The position numbers and the translations under genes are program-made. Positions 7,053 through 15,096 of a stretch of 64,000 bases of DNA are shown here, one piece after another. The stretch comes from Bacteroidales bacterium (GTDB lineage Bacteria > Bacteroidota > Bacteroidia > Bacteroidales > FEN-979): positions 1,813,670 through 1,877,669 of the forward strand of contig OY759717.1 of NCBI GenBank assembly GCA_963662525.1, written 5' to 3'. Below the pieces are notes generated by a model. The model worked only from the letters and a program-made list of their open reading frames with translations, made no database searches and was not told the DNA's origin. How positions within the stretch are numbered: position 1 is the first letter of the stretch; every line of letters begins with the position of its first letter.

Positions 7053-7246
7053 TTGCTTTCTAATTTATTCATAATGGACTCACGACTAACACTGTCTCCG
7101 GTCTTAACCTTATCCATAATAATCCCCAAGGCAAGATTCTCGAATTGATCTTCATTAATATTTAAAACATCAGCTCCAAGCTTTTTTGCCAACTCTTTGA
7201 GGATTTTTGTATTTTGATTATCAGCTTTAATAACGATTGCACTCAT
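7049..7246 (-). CDS. Small antitoxin-like protein (65 aa) paired with the truncated RelE/ParE gene
   Basis: MSAIVIKADNQNTKILKELAKKLGADVLNINEDQFENLALGIIMDK... resembles the small Bacteroidota antitoxin-type proteins found upstream of RelE/ParE toxins. It has a 4-nt ATGA overlap with the toxin remnant and its own TACCTTTG box at 7262..7269. Confidence 0.55.
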   Translation of the reverse strand: MSAIVIKADNQNTKILKELAKKLGADVLNINEDQFENLALGIIMDKVKTGDSVSRESIMNKLESK

Positions 7247-7261
7247 GATTGTGTTTTTTTA

Positions 7262-7269
7262 CAAAGGTA
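7262..7269 (-). promoter_or_regulatory. -7 promoter box (TACCTTTG on the minus strand) for the antitoxin/toxin remnant
   Basis: Exact TAnnTTTG match, 16 nt upstream of the ATG at 7246. Confidence 0.55.
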
Positions 7270-7385
7270 CAAATATTCTGAGGGCCATTAATTTTAACTT
7301 TCTGAAGCCAGCGGCTGCAGTTTTGGGAAATCGACTGATTTCAGCGCAGCATACTGAGCGTCGTGCATCCTCTGCTTTCATCATC

Positions 7386-7439
7386 CTTTTTCTGCTTCAT
7401 CCGGGAAAACGGAAAAGGTAATACGGTTGTTGAAAAAAA
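7386..7439. repeat. 50-bp dispersed box, copy 3 (orphan, no DUF559 gene attached)
   Basis: tttttctgcttcatccgggaaaacggaaaaggtaatacggttgttgaaaaaaag. One substitution relative to copy 2. Confidence 0.9.
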
Positions 7440-7474
7440 GCGGGTATCAGCTCCCGGCTTATTTGCCAATTCTT

Positions 7475-7621
7475 GGGAGAAGATGGGAGAACCCAGGGAG
7501 AAGATGGGAGAACTCAGGGAGAACCCAGGGAGAAGATGGGAGCCGGCAGGGAGAATCCAGCGTCACTAATGGGACTTTAATGGGAGGATAATGGGAGGAT
7601 AATTATTCCCTATCGCCTATC
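7475..7621. repeat. Cluster of short tandem arrays: GGGAGAA-based (7475..7556), AATGGGAGGAT-based (7568..7604) and CCTATCG (7609..7621)
   Basis: gggagaa gat gggagaa ccca gggagaa gat gggagaa ctca gggagaa ccca gggagaa gat gggagcc ggca gggagaa; then aatgggacttt aatgggaggat aatgggaggat. The cctatcgcctatc part contains the stop codon of 7617..10907. Confidence 0.9.
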
Positions 7622-10600
7622 TGACCATCACCTTCCCCGAATATGTCTTTTCCGGGGTGATCACCTTTACCAGATAGCACCCGGGGCGGGCATTCAGTTC
7701 GATCTTTGTCAGCTCACTGCCGCTCAAAGGCTGATGAAGGATTTGCTGGCCGAGGAGGGAGTATACCGATAGAGAACCGTTTGATAGAGAAACATTATCT
7801 GTTTGGATAAAAATCTGTTTCCCATCAGAATAGATTACAAGATCGTTCTTATCGGGGGTTTCGGTAATTCCGATAGCACCTCCGAAGTGCAGATAAAACC
7901 TATCCGGATCATCGCTAGTATTGGCAGGAAATGAATAGGATGATTGAAGCATTAAATCCTGGTTCAGATCGTTTTTTTTATCTTCCAGGATAATACTGGT
8001 ACCGGAAGGAAAACTGTTCAGAAAATCAGCAGTCAGGGTATAAGTCGCATCAACACCCGCACTCAGACTAAGAGGAATAGTCTGAGGAGAAGGGATTCCC
8101 CGAAAATCAATAGCGTATTTCTGATCAATTTTTGGCACATACAATCCTGGGGAATAATCATACAGACTGAACCATTTTTCAGCCCCTCCTTGTGAAGTCT
8201 CATGTCCGAACTCAATAATCACTTCATCGGAATAAGGATTAACAGAATTTGTAACCTTCATTTTCAGGACATTGCTTAGTCCTGTAACAGATTTCAAGTA
8301 GGTGGGATTTTGATGTACCCTTACGCTGTTAGTCATTGAAAGAGAACCTTCAGCAGAAGCCTGAACAAAGAATCCTTGTCCGACAGGAACATATCGTGTA
8401 ACACTATTGGTTCCACTTGAAGAAGCGCTGTTAAAGGTACCATAGTTTCCTGCTGCTTCGTTCCAGATCCACATATTGTAACCACCTCCGCTCAAATTCA
8501 GACTTGTTCTTGTCCAACCCGAAGCTGCTTTCCAGTCGATTGCCGAAGGATAAGGATTCCCGATCAGGTTAGAACCTTTATAAGCGTCAGTACCACTGTA
8601 TGATAAATCAAAATCAATCGGTCCATTATTAAGAAGTCCAGTGAATGATTTATTCTGGCTTGTTGCTTCATAAGCAACAAGGTAACCGCGACCGGGAATA
8701 AACTCACTGCCATTGGCAGTGCTAAAAGTGGGTTCAATGGTTGTATTTTTAAAATTTACCCATTGTGAAGTTAGTTCATCCCAACAATAAAAATCATAAT
8801 TGGAACCTCCCGGAACAAACTCAGAACCTGCAATGGCCATTGATACCGGAGAAGAAATCAGATGCCAGGCATTACTTACCCCAGGGATATATCTGTTCAC
8901 TGTGGCTGGAACATAGTCGGAATTGTGAATCAGGGAACCGCTTCCCGTGGCGTCCGAAGCAATGACCAATCCTCCGTTACCAACATTGTTGGTTAAGTTT
9001 CCGTTGACGGTCAGCTGTTTGCCTACCGGAATGTTTAAAGTCTCTCCGGCACCAATGGTGAGGTTCTGAACGGTGGCGTTCTGGCTAATTGTGGTTGTGT
9101 TCGCCAATGAGAAACTCCATGAGGGAGTGGCCAGAATGCTGCTGCTCGTTGTCCAGTTTACAGGATTTGCAATGAATGAACCAAGGGAGTTTATGGAACC
9201 CCCTGAAATTAAATTATAATTACAATTTTGACCAGTGATATTAAGTGCATTAACATTGTCCGTGAGAACAGAAGGCAAATATGATGTATTTGAGGTTGCT
9301 GCACCCGAAGTCAACCAGGATGCATTCCCAAAATTGACGCCAAATAGTAATATCTGGTTAGAATTCCAAGTGCCCTGAAAGGCAAAAAGCTGGTCTCCGC
9401 TGACAGAAAATTGAAATGATCCGGAAACAGCAACCCAATCTCCTGATGCAGAACCGCTTATCCAGGAAATGACTGTTCCCGCGGAGATTGTGGTCGGAGC
9501 AGTATAGGAAATTACTCCTTCCCCAATCCTGCAAGTTGTTGCATTTAAAAACCCATTATCCGTAAAATTAATAACAGTATTGGGGCTTAGTTGTTTTAAT
9601 GTAATAAATGAAAATTTATCAGGATCAGTAGCTCCAGCCTCGATAATTGCGATATCTCCAGCCTGAAGAGAACTCGTTCCAGCTGTCGTTGCCAGTGAAG
9701 TAGTTTGTATGTTGCCATCCGTTTTATAATTGATAGCAGTTCCAGAGTTGGTGTAGGAGTATATTTTAAAGTAATAGGTGGTACTTGCCGATAAGCCAGT
9801 AAAGGTATAGGCTTGTGAACCATAGGGTATGTTTTTATTTAACCCTCCGTCAGTAACTGCAGTGCCATCTGCCGGATCAGTTATTGCTGCAAAACCGCTG
9901 GTACTCCCTTTGATCAGGTAGCCATCCGGGAGCACAGCCCCGGTTGCATCCGTCCAGGTAAGGGCGATGGCATTGTAAGATGGATTCCCTGCACCGGAGG
10001 TATAAGCCGATGGATGGTTGCTGGGTTCTGCCTTTATTCCGCCGGGAGCCCAAACCTCGGTAACGTATTCCTCGTGGTCAATGTATGGATTGCGGTTGTG
10101 TTGTATGGCATACACGGCATTGTTGCGGTCGATTTCCTTGGCCGAAACCGGATCGGATGCATTCCATTCAATAAGCATATTTTTGAACCAGGTTTCAAAA
10201 GCCGGGTAAGAAGTCCCATTGAGGATGGCATCTGCATAAGGATCATTCGCAGGCCAGGAAGCAATCAGGTCCTGGTATCGCGTTGCCATATAAAAGTAAG
10301 CCCGTGCAAAATCGCCTTTGTATTCATCGAGTGGTTCAAATACGGTGCCAGTATAACCAGGATATGAGCAAGTCCCTCGTTTACTGCCATTTTGTGAAGT
10401 ATAAGCTGGGGCAGATACGGTTCCGTAAGGGTAATTGTTATGCCCGGTGCCGTTTACGTACTGGTCAACCGGAAAAAGATGGTGAAGGTCGGTGTACATG
10501 GGGGGTGCACTGTTGAAGTAGCTTTTCGGAAAAGAATGTTCCCTGCTGTAACAGTCACCTTCCTGATAACTGGTTCCACACTGGCTGGTCCCAAGGGTGT

Positions 10601-10907
10601 ATTCATAGGATGGTGTTCCGCCGGGCACATCGGAATACATATCCCATACCTTCCCATTGGGTTTTACATCGGTAGTAAAAAAAGCATTCCATACACCAGG
10701 GGTATAACTTACCGGGGTATGATTGGTTTTGATGATGTTATAGAGCGCCATCTGTAGCTCAGCCCCCGTTTTTCCAATGGCTGCATCATAATATCCCGGC
10801 GGTATCTGTGCAGGTAAGGAATGAAAGAAAAAAAGAAGAAAAATGGCGAGTGACAGGGACCGCGATAAACGCGGAAGAGAAGGGTTGTTAGGGGGAGAAA
10901 TGTTCAA
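7617..10907 (-). CDS. Secreted Endonuclease I-family nuclease fused to FN3/adhesin-like modules and a T9SS type-A sorting domain (1096 aa)
   Basis: Signal peptide. N-terminal region ...CYSREHSFPKSYF...MYTDLHHLFPVDQYVNGTGHNNYPYG...FEPLDEYKGDFARAYFYMATRY matches the Endonuclease I (EndA/Vvn/Bsn-type) active-site blocks. C-terminus LVIYSDGKQIFIQ...LSVYSLLGQQILHQPL...GCYLVKVITPEKTYSGKVMVR is a Por tail. Confidence 0.85.
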   Translation of the reverse strand: MNISPPNNPSLPRLSRSLSLAIFLLFFFHSLPAQIPPGYYDAAIGKTGAELQMALYNIIKTNHTPVSYTPGVWNAFFTTDVKPNGKVWDMYSDVPGGTPSYEYTLGTSQCGTSYQEGDCYSREHSFPKSYFNSAPPMYTDLHHLFPVDQYVNGTGHNNYPYGTVSAPAYTSQNGSKRGTCSYPGYTGTVFEPLDEYKGDFARAYFYMATRYQDLIASWPANDPYADAILNGTSYPAFETWFKNMLIEWNASDPVSAKEIDRNNAVYAIQHNRNPYIDHEEYVTEVWAPGGIKAEPSNHPSAYTSGAGNPSYNAIALTWTDATGAVLPDGYLIKGSTSGFAAITDPADGTAVTDGGLNKNIPYGSQAYTFTGLSASTTYYFKIYSYTNSGTAINYKTDGNIQTTSLATTAGTSSLQAGDIAIIEAGATDPDKFSFITLKQLSPNTVINFTDNGFLNATTCRIGEGVISYTAPTTISAGTVISWISGSASGDWVAVSGSFQFSVSGDQLFAFQGTWNSNQILLFGVNFGNASWLTSGAATSNTSYLPSVLTDNVNALNITGQNCNYNLISGGSINSLGSFIANPVNWTTSSSILATPSWSFSLANTTTISQNATVQNLTIGAGETLNIPVGKQLTVNGNLTNNVGNGGLVIASDATGSGSLIHNSDYVPATVNRYIPGVSNAWHLISSPVSMAIAGSEFVPGGSNYDFYCWDELTSQWVNFKNTTIEPTFSTANGSEFIPGRGYLVAYEATSQNKSFTGLLNNGPIDFDLSYSGTDAYKGSNLIGNPYPSAIDWKAASGWTRTSLNLSGGGYNMWIWNEAAGNYGTFNSASSSGTNSVTRYVPVGQGFFVQASAEGSLSMTNSVRVHQNPTYLKSVTGLSNVLKMKVTNSVNPYSDEVIIEFGHETSQGGAEKWFSLYDYSPGLYVPKIDQKYAIDFRGIPSPQTIPLSLSAGVDATYTLTADFLNSFPSGTSIILEDKKNDLNQDLMLQSSYSFPANTSDDPDRFYLHFGGAIGITETPDKNDLVIYSDGKQIFIQTDNVSLSNGSLSVYSLLGQQILHQPLSGSELTKIELNARPGCYLVKVITPEKTYSGKVMVR

Positions 10908-10948
10908 GTTTTCAGTGTTTTATATTTCGCAAGACCAATACAGGGCTA

Positions 10949-10956
10949 CAAATATA
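10949..10956 (-). promoter_or_regulatory. -7 promoter box (TATATTTG on the minus strand) for the nuclease gene
   Basis: Exact TAnnTTTG match, 42 nt upstream of the ATG at 10907. Confidence 0.5.
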
Positions 10957-11058
10957 ATAAAGATCATCCATTCATATGTTAGGGCAGGAATAAAAACTAA
11001 TGAAAAATCGTATTTTTACCGAAAAATCTGCTGTATGTTATTCAATCAACTGTATACT

Positions 11059-11118
11059 GCGATAGGCGATAGGCGATATGCGATATGCGATATGCGATGG
11101 GCGATAGGCGACAGGCGG
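11059..11118 (+). repeat. Heptanucleotide tandem array (GCGATAG)x8 with variants GCGATAT, GCGATGG and GCGACAG
   Basis: Units at 11059, 11066, 11073, 11080, 11087, 11094, 11101 and 11108. The GCGATAT-G junctions create ATGs at 11078, 11085 and 11092, one in each reading frame. The array overlaps the 5' end of the M28 peptidase ORF. Confidence 0.95.
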
Positions 11119-12525
11119 TCAAATATCTGTCATCTGACAACTGTTATTTGTCTCATACTTCTTTTTTTTCTTCCTGCAGCGGCTATCTGTCATCCGCCAG
11201 CCGATCCCGACTCCCTCGTTATTCGCGGGATCTACACCGAGGCTTTGTCAAATCCGGTGGCATACCACAACCTGGAACAACTCTGCACTAAGATCGGTGG
11301 CCGGCTATGCGGTTCACCCCAGGCGGAAAAAGCAGTGAAATGGGCGGAAAAAGTATTGAATGGCATGGGGCTTGACACGGTTTATCTCCAGCCGGTAATG
11401 GTGCCCCGCTGGGAAAGAGGAACGAAAGAAATCGCCTCCCTCACTTCTGCCAAAGCGGGCAAACATACCCTCAGTGTTTGTGCCCTGGGAGGCTCCATCG
11501 CCACCCCAAAGGAAGGCCTGAACAGGAAGGTTGTGGAAGTCCATAATTTCAAAGAGCTGAAAGAGCTGGGACGGGAAAAAATAGAAGGGAAGATCGTATT
11601 CTTCAACCGCCCTGCCGACCCTTCGCCCATTTATACCTTCGCCGCTTACGGGGGGGCTGTCGATCAGCGGGCCTATGGCGCCATGCAGGCCGCCCGCTTC
11701 GGTGCAGCAGCCGTGATGGTGCGCTCTGTCACCCTGGCCCACGACAATTTTCCGCATACCGGCATACAGCATTATGCCGACAGCGTAAAAGCCATCCCGG
11801 CCCTTTCGGTCAGCACAAACGATGCCGACCACCTTTCTGCCTGGCTGAAAACAGACCCGGATCTCAGATTATTTATACGCACATCCTGCATCTTGCATCC
11901 TGAATCGGAAAGTTTTAACGTCATCGCCGAAATCAAAGGCAGCGAACATCCCGACGAAATCATCGCTTTCGGTGGCCATATCGATTCCTGGGATATCGGG
12001 CAGGGAGCCCATGACGACGGGGCCGGCGTGGTACAGACCATGGAAGTGCTGCGCTTGTTCAAGACCCTGGGAATAAAACCGAAACATACCCTCAGGGTCG
12101 TGGTGTTCATGGATGAGGAATATGCCCAAAGTGGAGCCGCCGCCTATGCCGCTTCATCTACCGAGTCGCTCGACAAACTTGGAGGTACCCGGCAGATTGC
12201 CGCCATCGAATCCGACCGCGGAGGGTTTACTCCATCAGGATTTTCCATCGATGCCCCCGACAGTATCGTGAAAAAGATACAGGCCTGGAAACCCTTGTTG
12301 CTTCCCTACGGACTCTGGTCGGTAGAAAAAGGCGGGAGCGGGGTTGATATCCGAAACCTGAAATCACTCGGAGTGCCGCTTGTGGCGCTGGTTACCGACT
12401 CACAACGCTATTTCGACTATCAGCATGCCGCCAGCGATACCTTCGATAAGGTCCACCCCCGGGAACTTCAACTGGGCAGTGCAGCCATTGCAGCCCTGGT
12501 CTACCTCATCGATTCAAACTGGTAA
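11092..12525 (+). CDS. M28-family metallopeptidase (aminopeptidase-like), secreted
   Basis: HIDSWDIGQGAHDDGAGVVQTMEVLRLF and VVVFMDEEYAQSG zinc-ligand blocks are typical of M28. The start is uncertain. The ATG at 11092 gives a good signal peptide (MRWAIGDRRSNICHLTTVICLILLFFLPAAAI). The in-frame ATG at 11035 is an alternative. The track start at 10843 overlaps the upstream gene and is rejected. Confidence 0.8.
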   Translation: MRWAIGDRRSNICHLTTVICLILLFFLPAAAICHPPADPDSLVIRGIYTEALSNPVAYHNLEQLCTKIGGRLCGSPQAEKAVKWAEKVLNGMGLDTVYLQPVMVPRWERGTKEIASLTSAKAGKHTLSVCALGGSIATPKEGLNRKVVEVHNFKELKELGREKIEGKIVFFNRPADPSPIYTFAAYGGAVDQRAYGAMQAARFGAAAVMVRSVTLAHDNFPHTGIQHYADSVKAIPALSVSTNDADHLSAWLKTDPDLRLFIRTSCILHPESESFNVIAEIKGSEHPDEIIAFGGHIDSWDIGQGAHDDGAGVVQTMEVLRLFKTLGIKPKHTLRVVVFMDEEYAQSGAAAYAASSTESLDKLGGTRQIAAIESDRGGFTPSGFSIDAPDSIVKKIQAWKPLLLPYGLWSVEKGGSGVDIRNLKSLGVPLVALVTDSQRYFDYQHAASDTFDKVHPRELQLGSAAIAALVYLIDSNW

Positions 12526-12545
12526 AACAGCTTTAAAAAATCTTT

Positions 12546-12568
12546 CCCCGGCATCATTCCATGCGGGG
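12546..12568. terminator. Stem-loop between convergent genes (CCCCGGCA ... TGCGGGG), a possible bidirectional terminator
   Basis: Imperfect inverted repeat in the 66-bp gap between the stop at 12525 (+) and the stop at 12592 (-). The flanking T/A runs are weak. Confidence 0.35.
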
Positions 12569-12591
12569 ATGAACACGGAAAGCATCAGCAA

Positions 12592-14985
12592 TCAGAAATC
12601 AACCATGATCCCGATGGCCGGGAGAATGGTTCCTGCTTTATTCGGAATGGTCCGGAGTTCGTAGCGTTCCTGCCCCGTCTCATCCACATATTTGATCACC
12701 GAGCCGTCTTCCTGGGTGTTGACGAGGAGGTCGGGCTGCTGGGCTTTGAAGTTGAGAACATTCTGTATGTCGAGGTAGAACATCAGCGACCATTTTTTAA
12801 AATAAAAGCCTTTGTCGATGCGCAGATCGAGTTGGTTGAAAGATCTTAATCTCAAGGTGTTGAAGGCGGAATAATCAAGATAACCCCGGCCGATGGCATC
12901 CCAGGCCACCACCAGACTGGATTTGTTCATATCCCAGGGAGTGTAAGGTTGTCCGCCGGCAAATCTCCACTTGGCCCCGACCTCCCAGTTGTATTTGAAT
13001 TTTCGCCCGATGGTTACATTGATCAGATGACGGTTGTCCCAGGCGGAGGGAATATATTGACCGGAATAATTGGTGAACTCACTTCTGACGAAGGTATAGG
13101 TCATGATGATGTTGAACTTGTAGAAATTGGCATCCCTGACCAGGATCTCGAATCCATAAGCCCGGCCTTTCGAAATTGACAATAAAGGCTCGTCGCCCAC
13201 GGCGCCGAAATTGGTTCCTTTACTGGCGAGAGCCACAGAATCCTCGATGGAAAATGGATAATTCCGGTATCTCTTGTAAAATCCTTCCAGGGAGATCTTG
13301 GCATTTTGTTTGGGCTGATATTCCAACCCAAGCACAAGGTGATCGGCAGAAATATATTTGATGCCGAGAGAATCATTGACCAGGGTTCCACGGTTGCTCC
13401 TGAAGCCAAGAGAAGTGTAGGCGGGAAGCTGGTAATACCTTCCGATGTTGAAGTTGAGGAAAAATTTATCAGGAACGAAGGCCCAGGAAGCGGCAAAGCG
13501 CGGGGATATCTGGTTCAGCATGTTATTCATGCGGTTTGAATAGTTGTTGGCGTCCATTCTGAGTCCGAGCGAAAGGCTGAGGCGTTCATTAAAATAAGTC
13601 CGGGTGACATTCCCGAAAAGGCCCCATTTCCACATTTCAATGAGGGAGCTGTAATCGAGGGTACGCAACTGATTTCCCAGGTATATTTTCTGATAGGTTT
13701 TATTGGTATACCGGGCATATTCCAGGCCGGCGCCATAGGTGATTTTCCACTTCCCCAGGTCGGTGAGTCCTTCATAACGGAGCTTGTTCTCGGTTTCTTC
13801 TGAATTGTATTTCAGCAACAGGCTGTCGGGAACCTCCACGTTATTGGTGTACTTGATCTGTTCGTTGTTGAGCATATTCCGGCTGAGCACCCAGGTATCG
13901 TACCCTTTTTTACGGAAATGCCGGTAAACCAGTCCGAAAACATAACTCCACTGGTTGTTGACCGGCAGCGACTGAAGGACATAACGCTGGAAGGCATCCG
14001 GATTGGAGATCCCGGTGTTAAGCTTGTTCTTATCCAGGGCGCCGATAGAGATCACCGAAAGCTGGTCGCGCTTCCCGAGATCGATCTTGTACTTCAGCTG
14101 ATAATCATTGTAAGTAGGCAGAAACGGTAACTTCAGCGCACTGAAGAGGAGCTGAAGATAGGAACGGCGAATGGAGAAAATCAGGGAAGAGTTTTTAGTG
14201 ATAGGACCGTTTAATGTCAGTCCAAGGTCGCTGGATCCCAGGGTAAACCGGCCGCCAAACTTTTCCCTGTTGCCATCAATTTGTTTTAATTCCATTACGG
14301 AACTCAGGGCGTTTCCATCGTTTACCGGGAAAGCGCTGGAATAGAGTTGCACTTCCCTGATAAAGTCGACATTGATGATCCCTACCGGTCCACCCGATGC
14401 ACCCTGGGTGGAAAAATGGTTCAGGTAAGGTATTTCAACACCATCCAGGTAAAAACGGTTTTCGCCTGGCCCGCCACCCCTGACGATGATATCGTTCCGG
14501 AAAGAAGGAGAGGAGGCCACGCCGGGAAGGCTTTGGATCACTTTTGAAATATCGCGGTTGGAACCCGGGCTGCGTTCAATTTCCTGTATCGTTAAAATCT
14601 GCAGCGAAGCCGGGGCTTCATCATTTCTTGCGACAACGGAAGGCTTGATTTCCACCTGATCCAGGGTCGTTATCTGCTCATCCATGGCAATATCCATATC
14701 GGTTGTCTTCGAATTGGTGACCAGGAAATCCAGGGAAATAAATTTTTTATATCCGACAGATGACGCTACCAGTCGTGTATAACCGGGCTCAACCCGGCTG
14801 ATGGTGTACCTGCCGTCAATATCGCTTGTAGCGCCCTGGCCGGGATTCCCGTCAATGATAATGTTGACAAAGGGAATGGGCTCATTGTTTTTTTGATTAT
14901 AAACCCGGCCTTTGATGACCCCGGTTTGTGAGAAACCGATATTCAATAAGAGGATGAAAAATATGGTGAATGTAAGCTGTTTCAT
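12592..14985 (-). CDS. TonB-dependent outer-membrane receptor with an N-terminal carboxypeptidase-regulatory-like domain
   Basis: Signal peptide. GVIKGRVYNQKNNEPIPFVNIIIDG...DGRYTISRVEPGY (CarboxypepD_reg-like). Plug-region motifs (SLPGVAS, IVRGG). C-terminal beta-barrel ending in ...AIGIMVDF with a terminal aromatic residue. Confidence 0.85.
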   Translation of the reverse strand: MKQLTFTIFFILLLNIGFSQTGVIKGRVYNQKNNEPIPFVNIIIDGNPGQGATSDIDGRYTISRVEPGYTRLVASSVGYKKFISLDFLVTNSKTTDMDIAMDEQITTLDQVEIKPSVVARNDEAPASLQILTIQEIERSPGSNRDISKVIQSLPGVASSPSFRNDIIVRGGGPGENRFYLDGVEIPYLNHFSTQGASGGPVGIINVDFIREVQLYSSAFPVNDGNALSSVMELKQIDGNREKFGGRFTLGSSDLGLTLNGPITKNSSLIFSIRRSYLQLLFSALKLPFLPTYNDYQLKYKIDLGKRDQLSVISIGALDKNKLNTGISNPDAFQRYVLQSLPVNNQWSYVFGLVYRHFRKKGYDTWVLSRNMLNNEQIKYTNNVEVPDSLLLKYNSEETENKLRYEGLTDLGKWKITYGAGLEYARYTNKTYQKIYLGNQLRTLDYSSLIEMWKWGLFGNVTRTYFNERLSLSLGLRMDANNYSNRMNNMLNQISPRFAASWAFVPDKFFLNFNIGRYYQLPAYTSLGFRSNRGTLVNDSLGIKYISADHLVLGLEYQPKQNAKISLEGFYKRYRNYPFSIEDSVALASKGTNFGAVGDEPLLSISKGRAYGFEILVRDANFYKFNIIMTYTFVRSEFTNYSGQYIPSAWDNRHLINVTIGRKFKYNWEVGAKWRFAGGQPYTPWDMNKSSLVVAWDAIGRGYLDYSAFNTLRLRSFNQLDLRIDKGFYFKKWSLMFYLDIQNVLNFKAQQPDLLVNTQEDGSVIKYVDETGQERYELRTIPNKAGTILPAIGIMVDF

Positions 14986-15002
14986 ATGAATTAAATAGCG
15001 TA

Positions 15003-15010
15003 CAAAGGTA
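15003..15010 (-). promoter_or_regulatory. -7 promoter box (TACCTTTG on the minus strand) for the TonB-dependent receptor
   Basis: Exact TAnnTTTG match, 18 nt upstream of the ATG at 14985. Confidence 0.55.
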
Positions 15011-15096
15011 CGAAAAGAACAAACGCTAATTTAGACTAATTATAATTAATTGCCGGAAAGACGATTTTCGGGAGGGAATATTACGGCAAGGATGAT

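Noticed and set aside
5371-7621. Possible CRISPR array, given the many direct repeats.
   Set aside because: The repeat period is 202 bp with near-identical 'spacers'. The other repeats are 7-11-nt microsatellites or dispersed 50-bp boxes. There is no 24-48-bp repeat alternating with unique spacers and no cas genes.
10843-11091. 5' extension of the M28 peptidase ORF (track ORF 10843..12525, 560 aa).
   Set aside because: The first 65 nt overlap the start of the convergent-frame nuclease gene. The extension has no signal-peptide logic and reads through the promoter region and the heptamer array. A start at 11092 (or 11035) gives a normal secreted M28 enzyme.
11314-12129. Antisense ORFs (172, 82, 112 and 86 aa) opposite the M28 peptidase gene.
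   Set aside because: They are nested antisense to a gene with clear catalytic motifs and show no motifs of their own.
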